A stretch of 64,000 nt of DNA, from positions 2,480,001-2,544,000 of the forward strand of contig OZ218950.1 of NCBI GenBank assembly GCA_965112735.1, written 5' to 3'. Of the stretch, positions 29,493-44,100 are shown one piece after another. The DNA is from Phaeosaccion multiseriatum (Eukaryota > Protista > Ochrophyta, other classes). Position 1 is the first letter of the stretch. The number at the start of each line of letters is the position of its first letter. The position numbers and the translations under genes were made by a program. Below the pieces are notes generated by a model. The model ran no database searches, was not told the origin of the DNA, and saw only the letters and a program-made list of their open reading frames with translations.

Positions 29493-29667
29493 CACGTAGC
29501 GGGGGAGAGGGCAGCAGCAGACCTCGTTGATCCCTTGCATAATGTAGGTACAGCAACTTTTGTGATTTATGGGGAGTCGCTGCCATCCACTGCCATCGTT
29601 CCGAAGGCGCGTTCCAACAGAGGTGTTGTTCCATATAAGTAGTTTCCTTCCTCCCCGACAAACAAAC

Positions 29668-30476
29668 ATGGAGCCACCGCCTCCTACTCCGACCTCTCCT
29701 CTGCGTCCTGGCGTGCCACTTGCGGGGGTGAGCCATGAGCGAACAATGGAAGAGCCAGAAGCACCAGGAGCAAGATCGGGTGAAATGGTGGCCGCACCAA
29801 CACAAGAGGCGGCGGTAGCTCCGGTGGAGACGGCAGAGGGCGCGGAGGAAGAAGGAGACCCAGAGTTGCGCACCCTAGTAAACTGGCTCATCAAGTTAGG
29901 CGAGGAGCACCTTTTCAAAGTGAGTAAGGATCAAAACTCTTCTCACCTGTTGACTCTAGTTGTGTCATCCTCGCTTCATCAGCATGTATACTCTAGTTGT
30001 ATATAGCTCCCTCCCACCTCAAAGTTTGGCTTGCCAGTGTGGATTAATCCCGTGTGGATGAATCCCCCCCCATTTCTCTCCACTGTCTGCAAGCCCCCTC
30101 TCCAGCCCCCGCTTTTCTGTTCTCACAGCCACAGCCCCTCCTCCACTCGCGTCTTCGCAGAAAGTGGTGTTGTACATGTGAAGCGGAAGGGTGCGACTGG
30201 AGAGAGATACACTCGCACTCAACATTGGGGGGACTTTTAATAGGCGGGCAGGAGGAGGGGGAAAGCCCACCCCCCTGCCCCCCTGCCCCTCCCACTGAGC
30301 CACCGCCATCAGGAAGCATCGAGGGTGAAATGCTACGGGGAGGAAGGCGGCCGAGCTTCAACGCGAATGCACCCCGCACATCCATGCAGGAATTTGTGGG
30401 GCTGCCCCCTCCCCCGTTATTGCACAATTGCAATGGGGTTGGACAGGGAGGAAGGTGTGCGCCAATAGCATACTGA
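29668..30476 (+). CDS. Possible short hypothetical gene or gene fragment
   Basis: ATG in AAAC-ATG context at 29668, coding-like ORF ending LVNWLIKLGEEHLFK, strong donor gtgagt at 29920. The downstream exon is ambiguous (acceptor near 30159/30163). Confidence 0.3.
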
Positions 30477-30481
30477 GAAAT

Positions 30482-30520
<39 letters not shown>

Positions 30521-31653
30521 GAGAGAGAGACACACACAGAGAGAGATAGAGAGAGAGAGAGAGGCAAGACGGTACCGTCTGTGTGCCTTTCCTCTCCACA
30601 CGGGGAGAACGACTGCGCTGTTGGGTCAGGTCAGGGTTCGTCAGCGCTTGTGCACGGGAGGCTTTGGTTGGGTACCTTGGATTGAAAACCACCATCACCA
30701 CTGCTCACGGAAGAGAGGAGGGGCGTACCCAGTCCCGAGATCCAGTCACTCAGTCGTGTATGTACATTACTCGCTTGTACAAATATCAATAAGGCTGCTG
30801 CTAAGCTTTTGAGTGCTCGGACCACCCTTGAAAAGTCTGTCAGTCTGTATCTGTCTGTCTGTCTATCTATCTTCCAGTCTCTTACTCTCTCTCTCTGTTG
30901 CTCCTGTCTGGCCGCCTCTCGCTGCACAGACAGTCCACCTCGTTGACTAACGCTTTCTCTTCTTCTGACCCAGCCCTCGCCCCCCCCTCGGCACATGCGT
31001 ACGGTGGGCGGCGCCGCTCGGCCGCCGCCTTCTAATGTTTTTCATATTTCGAGCTCCCCAAGCTCTGGCGCGCTCTTCTCCTTCTTCCCCCCTCTGCTCA
31101 CACATTCGGCCGGCCTGGTCTCAAGCACCAGCCGCCCTGAGGGAGGTTGGGCATCTCTCCCACTCGTTTTCGATCCATCGCCGTGCCTTGCTCTGCTCGA
31201 GTAAACGTCCCTCTTGTTTTCTTTCTGCGCCAATGTGTGCCTCATCCCTCCCGGGCCAGGCCTTCTCTCCCCCTCGGTCGTTCGAAGCCCGTCGTCAAGG
31301 GGGGATTCAGAAGATCACCTTCCTCAGCCTTCAGAAGATCACCTTCCTCAACCTTCAGAAGATCACCTTCATCAACCGCACAACACAATGAGGCGTGCTG
31401 GAGACCGGGGGCGGTGTGCTTTGTGCGTGTCTACCATCGCACATGCCTCAACGATCCCTCTACAGGAGCTTGGCACAGCGGCCCCAACCAATCCAGATGG
31501 GGCATCATCATCATTATGAGCTGTTCACCAGCGGGAACCAACCCAGATGCTCATCATCATCATCATCATCGTCGTCGTCGTCGTCGTCGTCATCATCATC
31601 GTCATCATCAGCTGTTCACCAGCGGAAACCAACCCAGATGCTCATCCTCAGCA

Positions 31654-32499
31654 TCAGCTGTTCACCAGCGGGAAAGTACCGAGAGGCAAGTCGCCGTACT
31701 GGCGAAAGTCCCCGTCCGGCATCATCGGCTGGAAAATCACGCCCCGATTGTCCCCATTGTACGGCTTAATGTATGCATCCCCTCCCTCCCCACTCCTGCA
31801 TGTGTACTTGATGTAACAAGGCCGATCGTTCCACGAGTCCACCGGTACTTCACTCCCTTCCTCTGTGACCGCCCGCAGCACGCCCTTGGGTAGGCCCAGG
31901 CCGGGGACCCAGCCCCTCAGAGCAGCCAGACCCTGTACCCCATCATTCGCCATTATGCCTATGGATGGAGGGGCAGCAGACAAGTGGTTGGCAAACAGTA
32001 CATTGAAGAGCGCACCGGGGGGGGGGGGAGGAGAGGAATGAGACAAGGAGCCCACAATGATGGAAGGAGGAGATACGGTATAGAAGGATAGAGGAGTGTA
32101 GGCCCACCCGGCAAACAATCTAAACAATCCATTACCATTTGCCTCCCTTGCCCTCCCTCTTTTTTCGCCCGCACGCTCTCTCTTACTCTCTCTCTCTCTC
32201 CCCTCTCTCTCTCCCTCTCTCTCGCTCTCGCTCTTTCTCCCCTCACCTAGCGTAACTATATCCGCCTCCGTCGCAAGCAAAGCACAGCACTCCTTCACCT
32301 CCCGCCTCTCCTCCTGCAGAGCCGCCGCGCCCATCTCCTGGGCCCGCTTAAAGTCCGTCACCACGGGCGTGTCGCCCTTCTCCCTGCCCATCTTTACGCG
32401 GGTCAGGTAGGCCGTGTTGAAGAGCTCCAGCCGCTCCTCTGCTGCCATTAACTCAGGCGAGAGCACCAAGGCCGCTCGGGCTGCGTCCAGCTCCTCCTC

Positions 32500-32539
<40 letters not shown>

Positions 32540-32802
32540 GGAGGGTCACTAGCAGGGGTGGAGAAATGTCGATGTGGGGATCCAGCTCTTCCCATGGGAG
32601 TCCTAACTCTTGGGCTGCAGCTAATGCGGTTAGGGCGCCCGGCAAAGGTCGTGGTGCTCATGCTCTTTGCCCAACATCCTGCTGCTGTACGGAGCAGCAC
32701 CGATTGCGACGAGCAGGAGATGTAGCCGATGAAGGCTTCAGCCACAGCAGCGACATGTAATAACAGGACTACACAGAGTAGAGCTGTTGCTTTTGGCATC
32801 AT
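31654..32802 (-). CDS. DUF1824-family protein, probably plastid-targeted
   Basis: Leader MMPKATALLCVVLLLHVAAVAEA-F. After removing intron 32246-31959 the protein reads TLGIMANDGVQGLAALRGW...CYIKY...AYIKPYNGDNRGVIFQ...YGDLPLGTF, matching cyanobacterial/algal DUF1824 motifs as I recall them. Confidence 0.75.
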
Positions 32803-33428
32803 CTTTATTTCTTCACTCAGAGGAGAGAGAGAGGCTTTCCGGCCCGTATGCCTGCAGTAACCTTCCCCCCCCCCCTTCTCTTCCTTTTCCCGCTCTCTCT
32901 CCTCACTTTTTCTTCCTCTTCCTTTTCTATTATTTACACTGCTTGTCCCTCTTCACTCTCCTGACCATCTCGCGGCTACAGCTCCAAGTAATCAAAATGA
33001 GAATTTCTGAACCTGCCGACTTTAATCCACCACCAAGCTCCACTACGACTCATACTTCCGCGGACTACAAAGGGGGCAGTCAGCTGGAGGCTCCTGGGCG
33101 GCAGGCCATCGCTGAGGAAGTGGGATCTCTTATCACCCAGGGCACAGCTGAGGAAGTGGGATCTCTTATCACCCAGGGCACAGCAAGGTATCGTGAGAGG
33201 GTAAGAGACAGCCCATCACCTCCTCCTCGTCCTCCTCCTCCTCCTCCTCCTCCTCCTCCTCCTCCTCTGACTTTCGCGCCGCTGTACGAGGCCTTCGCCG
33301 GTGCCGACTCCTTTGACTCGCAACAACGCCAACGCCCAGTCTTATTGGGCCACCCTTTCGACCACATGAAACAATACACGAGCCAAGCTTATTAGCTTAT
33401 TGGAGTCTTCCCCTCTCGCCATCCCATC

Positions 33429-34430
33429 TCAATCCCTCTTGACTTGCTCCATGACCGTGCCAACGTGAGGATAGAGGGCGCTCATGACCTGTATCCTCTG
33501 CATTCGCTGAAAGAAGTTGGGCCAAGCAGCAGAACGAGGGAGAGGCATATGGAAGGGGAGGGGGGAGGGGGGGGGGGGCGGGAATGAGAAGAAGTGGCGG
33601 GAGTGGCTGCTGCTGTGGGTACTTTGCCAATAGAAAAGGAGCGTGGAGGGGATGCATGCCGTCATCGACTGGGTGGGCATGACAAATGGTAATACAAAGG
33701 CCAAGAAGGGCACAGGCCAATGCGTTGGCTTTCTCTTTGCTCTCCTGCAGCCGGTGACGCATCCTGACAACAGCAGCCATGTTCACAGCAGTACGGACAT
33801 GCAGCCGCACTTCCTCTTACACTTCCTTTCCTGTCCCCGGACTCTCTCAACGCGATGCCTAGCGAGGACTCGTGCCGAGATCTTCAAAGGAGCACAACGG
33901 ATCCTCCACCCCCACCCCAAAGACTGCTTCCATAGACCCCCCACCACTTTCCCCGCCAACACCCCGCAGGTAGAGCCAGCACTTCTTCCGCTCACCTCGA
34001 GCTCCTTCTGCCCTGCTGTGAATGCTAAGCTAGCCTCCTCTCCTGAAGCCCCCTTCTTCTGCTCAAACCCTAGCCGCGATCTCCGCAAGCAGTACTCTCG
34101 CACGTTGTAGTCCTGTATCGTCACAGCAGCGGGATGGAGAGTCGAGTCCAAGATCCCACAACACAAGGCGAGCAACAAGAAGCAGGGCATCAGCGAGAGG
34201 GAAGGGAGGGAAGAGCGCAAGGTCTAAATAAACCACAAACTCCTCTCCAAAGCAGGCTGCCCATAAGCGCTGTGCAGCCTCCTCTCCCTCCGCCCCTCCT
34301 CCTCGCCCCTCCTTCTCCTTCTCCTCTCTCCCTCTCCTCACACTTCCCCACGCACCGGGATCTTCCTACTTGTCCGCAGCAGTCTATGGAAGAGACCCAG
34401 CGCCATAGCCCTTGTTGGTGGGCCCGCCAT
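33429..34430 (-). CDS. ISD11: LYR-motif protein ISD11/LYRM4 (mitochondrial Fe-S cluster assembly), 3 exons, 89 aa
   Basis: Exons 34430-34356, 34112-33996 and 33506-33429 splice to MAGPPTRAMALGLFHRLLRTSRKIP|DYNVREYCLRRSRLGFEQKKG...GQKELE|RMQRIQVMSALYPHVGTVMEQVKRD*, matching the ISD11 pattern L-Y/F-R...YN.R.Y..RR...F...Q.....LY. Confidence 0.88.
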
Positions 34431-34869
34431 GTGTGCTTTAATATTAATTTCGGGAGTCAGGGGGGGGAGGACAAGGACCCCCCGGGAGCGGGGGGGGGAG
34501 TAAGGCAGCAAAGGTAAAGAAAAAAACACTCCCAAAAGACCCGCCATGCTCAAGCGCTCATCGCACCTACCAAGCCTCTTACCAACCAATACTCTCCCCC
34601 GCTTCCTCAAGTATTTTTCTCTTTCTACTTTCCGTGGTGCCGTTACCTTCCACTTCGAAGGGTCGAATCCGAGGCCCCAACTGACCCGTTGTCAAAGTGG
34701 AGCTGCGTTCTTACCTGGTTTGGAAGGGCGGTGAGATATAGAAGAGGGGGAGGGAGAAGCGGTGAGGTCCACAAGCAGCTGCAGAGGAGCGGAGGGGGGC
34801 GGTTGAGATTTTGTTCTGGAAAGGATCCTTCACGAGGGAGGTGGCAGACCTTGGAGGTAGCACATTCCT

Positions 34870-37622
<2,753 letters not shown>

Positions 37623-38072
37623 GCAGAAGGTGGAGGAGAGCTCAGAATATGGAGGAGGAGGAGGAGGAGGAGGAGGAGGAGGAGGAGGAGGAGGAGGAGG
37701 AGGAGGAGGATCAGGGACAGGGGCAGGGGGGGGAGGAGGTGGGGGGACGGAGGGCAGGGAGTAGCTGATTGGTCACTAGTCGCTGCCCCCCCCTTGAGCT
37801 GTGGGTCGATGGGTCACGCTTGGGTAATGATCTCCTTCTTGTTCCTATACTCTTGTGCTTGCTGTTTCCCCTCTGTTGTGATACTAAGGATGTACTGCTG
37901 TGCTGGTGTGGTGCTCTGTGCTGCGAGTGATGAGGGGATGAAAAGGGGGAGGTGAAAACTGAAATTGGAAGTGGGCGTAAGTGCGAGGGGTATATAGTAT
38001 ATATGTATATACATATAAGAGGAATCACCTAAGAAACTGAAAGTGTGATTGTGATTGTTTGTGTGTGTGGGT

Positions 38073-38336
38073 TCGGCCCCTGACAAGGCTCTGGGTTCCA
38101 GGTTCTGGCCGGCGCCAGCCAGCCAGGTTCCAGGTTCTGGGGGAAAGCGTGTAATAGGTTCCAGGTTCCCCGGAAAAGCCGTGTAATAAGGCAATGATAA
38201 GGTCCCCTGAACCTGGGTAGAACCTGGGTTCCAGGTTCTGGCCGGCGCCAGCCGGCCGGGTTCCAGGTTCTGGTCGGCGTCAGCCGGCCAGGTTCCAGGT
38301 TCTGGCCTGAGTCGCCTCAGAACCTTGTCAGGGGCC

Positions 38337-38338
<2 letters not shown>
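38073..38338. mobile_element. MITE-like non-autonomous element (266 bp)
   Basis: Perfect 16-bp terminal inverted repeats tcggcccctgacaagg (38073-38088) and ccttgtcaggggccga (38323-38338), extending to about 21 bp with one mismatch. Internal ggttccaggttctgg repeats, no ORF, GT on both flanks within a (GT)n tract. Confidence 0.75.
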
Positions 38339-38413
<75 letters not shown>

Positions 38414-38707
38414 GGTATCGCTGTGTCTCCGGGGCCCTCGAGGGGCCGGTTACTCCTAAGTGCGAGGGGAGTAATCGACCCTGGACAAGGTTACAGTGTG
38501 CGCTGGCCATAATCAGTAATCAGGCCGGCTGGCGCCAATAATCAGTAATCAGGCCGGGTGCGCCGGCCGTAATACTCAATATATATTACACCCTTAAGTG
38601 CCATCGTAATAGATCAGAGGAAGCAACCCAAATGTGATTGATTTTCGCCAGAGCACCAACAGCCAGAGCACCAACACGTAATTGACCGGATCAATAAAAT
38701 TTATAAA

Positions 38708-41700
38708 ATGGGGCGCGAAGGTCTTCAAAGAAGGACGGGGAGCAGTTGTCTGCCCTGGGTTCTCTTAGCATCGCGCTTGCCAAGAGGAGCGGGGTTCGTA
38801 GCACCGCCCTCGCTGGTTCTTGGCTCTGTGCGAGCGTCTGCCTCAGCGACGACACAAGGTGGTTCCATCGTAGCCCCTTCTTCTCCCACCCCGCTCCACG
38901 ACCGGCGTAGGCAAAGGGGTCTCAGGCCTTTCTCGCGACTTTGGGATGGAGCAGCAGCCGCATCCACAGCAACGACAGCGGAAAGAGGTGCAACCGCCGA
39001 GCACCAGAGCGCTGACGTGGTAATCATTGGCAGTGGAATTGCTGGGCTCGTGGCCGGGAGCCTGCTGTCTGCATACGGCAAGAGTGTCATTGTGTGCGAG
39101 AGCCACACGCAGGCAGGTGGTTGTGCCCACGGCTTCGAGAGGAACGGCTACTTCTTCGATAGGTCTGTGTGTCTGTCGTGGGGGGGAGAAGGGGTGTGGG
39201 AGAGATGCTACTCTGTGTGTGCATGTGTGTAAGACACTCAAGTGTACCTCTTACCCTCATTGCTACACCCCGCCTCCCTCACCCTCACTGTCCTTCGCCG
39301 CCCCTCCCCCCCTTCCTTGCAGTGGTCCCTCCCTGTTCAGCGGCCTCTCCATCTCTCCAACCCCAAACCCTTTGAAACATGTCCTCAACGCCATCGGTGA
39401 AGATGTCGATTGGATAACTTATGACACTTGGGGCATTGATATTCCGGAGGGGAGATTTCCCACAACGATTGGTCCAGGACCGTTCCTAGAGACATTGAAG
39501 GAGTACGGAGGGCCCGACGCGCTGAAGCAGTGGGGAGACTTGATGGGTAAGAATAGTCCTGTTACCCCCTCCTCCTCCTCCTCCTCCTCCTCCTCCTCCT
39601 CCTCCTCCTCCTCCTCCTCCTGATAAAGCACTCTTGAATGAACCAACCACTGAAAGAACAACCGAGAGTCACATTCATTTACTGTCCCACCCTCCCTTTT
39701 GTCCTCCCTTCCTCCCCTGCTTCTCACCCTCCCCTTCCCCCTGGCCGTCCACTCCTCTACCTCCCCTCTCCCCCCTTCCCCCTGGCCTTCCACACAGACT
39801 ACTTGCTGGAGTTTGCTGACTGTACACGCGGCCTGCCCCCCTTCTCCCTCCGGCAAGACCCTGGCTGCATCATCACCATGGCCCAGTACCTCCCTACTCT
39901 GCTTCGCACTCTACCCCAGGGGCCCAAGCTGGAGGCGCCGTTTCGCAACGTTATGCAGGACGTCGGGGTAACGGACCCGTTCATTAAGAATTGGCTCAAT
40001 CTCCTCTGCTTCCTCTTGCAAGGAGTGCCTGCCGAAGGTGCGTGGGTGCGTGCGTGTGTAGTAAGAGAAGGAGGGAGGAGGAAGGAAGGGGAGGAAGCAG
40101 AGGCATTGAGGGTACTAAACGACCAGGACATCCATTGACTTCTCTATCCTCTTTCCTCCCCTTTCTGCCTGCGTGTCTCTCTCTCTCTCTCTCTTTCTCC
40201 CTCTCCATACAGGCACAATGACGGCTGTAATGGCCTACATGATCGCCGATTGGTACCGCCCGGGCTCCAAGCTGGACTACCCGAAGGGAGGGACGGAAGC
40301 GCTGATCGGGGCTTTGGTCAGAGGGGTGGAGAAGCACAACGGAAAGGTAAGAGGAGCACGAAACTCGACGAGAGTGAGGCGACGTGAGGCACCACACCCC
40401 ACGCACCAGTCACCCACAGACAAAGTCTGTGTCCCCATCCCCCGCTTGCCTCCTCCTCGTCTTGCACCTGTCTGCCTGCGTACCTGCCCATTCGTCTATC
40501 TGTATCTGCATCTGTCTACCTACCTACCCACCCACCTACCTACCTACCTACCTACCTACCTACCCACCCACCTACCTACCTACCCACCTACCTACCCACC
40601 TACCTACCTACCTACCTACGGACCTACCGGCCCACCGATCTACCGACCTACGGACCTACCGGTCCACCGATCTACCGACCTACGTATCTACCTATATCCC
40701 TGTCTTTTGGCCTCTAATCTTATCTGCCTACCCATCTACCTATCTGCCTGTCCATCTGCCTGCCTATCCATCCATCTACCTGCATATTGGCCCACCTATC
40801 TATCAATCAATCTATCTGCCTGCCTATCCATCCATCTATCTGCATATTGGCCCACCTATCTGCCTGCCTTCCTGCCTATCCATCTGTCTCTGTTGCAGGT
40901 GTTATTGGGCGCGCATGTGGAGAGCGTAATCGTGGAGGACGGCAAATGCGGCGGGGTGCGCCTCAAGGGCGGAAAGGAGATCAGGGCAGGCACGCAGGTG
41001 TGTTTGGGCGTGTGTGTATGTGTTTGTAGCACCCCTCCCCCTCCCCCCATCTGGAAAGACGCCTTTCCCTCCTGCTGTCCCCTCTCCCCCCCCTCCTCTC
41101 CCTCCTCTCTCTCCCTGTTGCTTCCCTACCTCTACCTCTACTCTTCCTTCACGCTGCCTCCTCTCCCCCTCCCCCCCTCCTTCTCCTCTCCCCTTTGCCT
41201 TACTCTTAAGGTCATATCAAACGCATCCATGTGGGACACTCTTCGCTTCGTCCCTCCAGGAGCCTTACCCGAGTCCTTCGTCGAGGAGAGGCAGGCCACG
41301 GACCAGTGCAAGTCCTTCATGTACGATATATGTGGGATGGCAGTGGATGGGGAGGGGAGAGGATGGCAGTGGATGGGGTGGAGGGGAAAAGGCAGTCAGG
41401 CAGTTGATGGAAGAGGCCACGGACCAGTGCAAGTCCTTCATCCATGTGTGCGGGAGGGAATGGCACTTGGTGGGGAGGGGGAGTCTAGAGTCAATTGAGA
41501 GAGAGAGAGCTTCAGCCCCGGTGCTCTGCTCTGTCATGTGTCCGACTGCAGTGGTGATTGAGTGTGATTGAGTGTGATTGGGTCACTGACTCTCCCCAAC
41601 CCTCCCCAACCCAACCCGACGCCTCCCACCCCACCCCTGTACCACCAACACCCCAACTTAACCCTCCCCAACCCCAAACGCAGGCACGTGCACCTCGGAG

Positions 41701-41810
41701 TGCGCGCGTCAGACATTCCCGTGTCTGACATTGAGTGCCATTATTGCATAGTGCAGGACTGGCAGAAACCCATTGACGACCCTTCCAACGTCATTATCAT
41801 CAGCATTCCA

Positions 41811-41888
<78 letters not shown>

Positions 41889-43613
41889 GTGTGTGTGTGC
41901 GTGTGTGTGTGCTGGTATCACCAACTGCTGATGTTGCTGCTCTGCCAGCCACTGTAGGAGTTTAGGAGCCTTTGCCTTTGAAAGCGTGCTACCTCCCTTC
42001 TGATCCTCTGCTCTTTGTGTCGCTCCCCTGTGTGCCGGGCGGACACACATGCCGTCTCTCGTCAATCTGCTTGCTCCTTCCTCTCCCTGTCATCTCCCTC
42101 CGGCCTTGCTCCTTCCCCCTCCATCTCCTCTATCTTATCTCCATCCTCCCTCTCTACCTCCCCCCCCTCTCCCTCCCTCGTCCTGCCCCCCCCCTCTCCC
42201 TCCCTCGTCCTCCTTTGTCAGTGTGATGGACCCTTCGCTGGCGCCTCCCGGCTGCCACGTTGTACACGCCTACACCGCTGGTGAGTGAGTGAGTGAGTGA
42301 GGGAGGGGATGAGTGAGTGGGTGAGTGAGTGGGTGAGTGAGTGAGTGAGTGAGTGAGTGAGTGAGTGAGTGAGTGAGTGAGTGAGTCAGTAAGTGTACGC
42401 TTTACACAGACTGGATCCGATCATGTTGTACCTCATTCCTCGATTCATCCTCGATTCAGTTGTGAGTCGACTGATTCGATCCATGTATAAGTCATTTCGA
42501 GCCATTTAATGCAATCCCCCAACCCTCCCGCCGCCCCCCTCATCCCATCCCTTGCCCTTACACTCCTGTACCGCCCCCCCCTTTGCCCCCTCCCCATATC
42601 CTCCTTGCTGTTCGATAAGGCAATGAGCCGTACTCGGTGTGGGAGGGGATGGACCCTCGTAGTGACGAGTACAAGACGCTCAAGGAGGAGAGGGCCAAGA
42701 AGATGATGGACGCCATCGAGAAGGTGAGCAGTTGGTGATATAGCATGCAGTAGTTTTGTGATACATGATGCACAGCACGTTGCACGCCTGTGTCCGGCCT
42801 CTCCTTTTCCTTTCCATCACACACCTCCCTCTCCCTCCCTCGCCTCCCCTTCCCTCCCTCCCTCCCTCCCTCCCTCCCTCCCTCCCTCCCTCCCTCCCTC
42901 CCTCCCTCCCTCCCTCCCTCCCTCCTTCCCAAGGTGTTTCCGGGCCTGGAGGATCGCTTAGATGTGCGTATGATCGGCACGCCCATCACACACGAGCGCT
43001 TCTTAAGGAGGGACAGAGGAACATATGGACCCGAGATCTTCGCTGGCACGGGCAAGGGCTATCCCGACAGCCGTTTCCCCATCGAGGGGCTGGTCTGCAC
43101 GGGAGACTCCGTGTGGCCTGGTGAGTGGTGGTGTGAGTGGTGGTGTGAGTGGTGGTGTGAGTGGTGGTGTGAGTGGTGGTGTGAGTGGTAGTGTGAGTGA
43201 TGGTGCGAGTGGTGGTGCGAGTGCGAGTCGTCAACAAACGGGATGGGTGTCAGGACGTACAGAGGGAGAGGTGTCAGGACATGGCTTCCCCTTCCCCTTG
43301 CCCCTCCCCTTGCCCTCCCCCTTCCCCGCTCCACCTCTTCAACTCCCCCCCCTCCCTCTCCCTCTTCTCCTCCCCTTCACCTTCCCCTTCCCCTCCCCCC
43401 CCCTTCTTCTTCTCCACCTCTTCTCCTCCCCTTCCCCTCCCTCTGACCCTCCTGACCCTGCCCCCAATCACCCCCCTGCCTACCCAATGCCCCTGCCTGC
43501 CAGGCATTGGGGTCCCGGCGGTGGCAACAGCAGGCACTCTTGCGGCGCACAACCTGGTGTCTCCGCTGCAACAATTCAAGATGATGAAGACCATCGACTT
43601 TGGAGGCGTCTGA
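38708..43613 (+). CDS. CRTISO-like / phytoene desaturase-family FAD-dependent oxidoreductase, probably plastid-targeted
   Basis: Motifs DVVIIGSGIAGL, ESHTQAGGCAHGFERNGYFFD|SGPSLFSGL, YPKGGTEALIGALVRG, VISNASMWDT, SFM|HVHLG, GTPITHERFLRRDRGTYGP and GDSVWP|GIGVPAVA. Leader ends in GAG-FVAP. Confidence 0.9.
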
Positions 43614-44100
43614 GCGATAGGACCCAGCGATAAGACCCAAGCGACCCAACAAAAGTCCATCCCTGTTGTATCGAATCTATATCGAGTAGATCGAAATTAT
43701 GAAGTCCATCGATCGACTTTGAGCTCTGCCCCTTCGCCTCTTCCTGTATGGAGCGTCTCTGGTGGTGACTCTCTCCATTGCTCCATTGTTGGGGGGGGGC
43801 GGAGCACCATTTTTGTTTAGTTTATTTTTTTTTATATTGTCCAGCATTAAGCTTTAATTCCCTGGTCACTTGGTGGTGGGCACCTGGTGGTGAAGCAGCG
43901 CTACTTCCCAAAAGCCCAAAAGGCGTCGGCGTTTGCGTGTAATTATCTCACAATTGCTTCTCATCAATTTTTTCGAATTGATCGCTTTTCTCACAAAATC
44001 GGGCCCAACATTAGAAATCGAGCTCGACATTGGGAGGGGATTGAGCAAGCACAAAATCAAAGAAAAAAAGCACAAAAAACAACCCATTTTGGTCCCAATC

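Noticed and set aside
41440-41450. Echo sequence ttcatccatgtg resembling the spliced mRNA junction (FMHV), suggesting cDNA-templated insertion
   Set aside because: The sequence following the echo also resembles the intron start, so plain genomic tandem duplication explains it.
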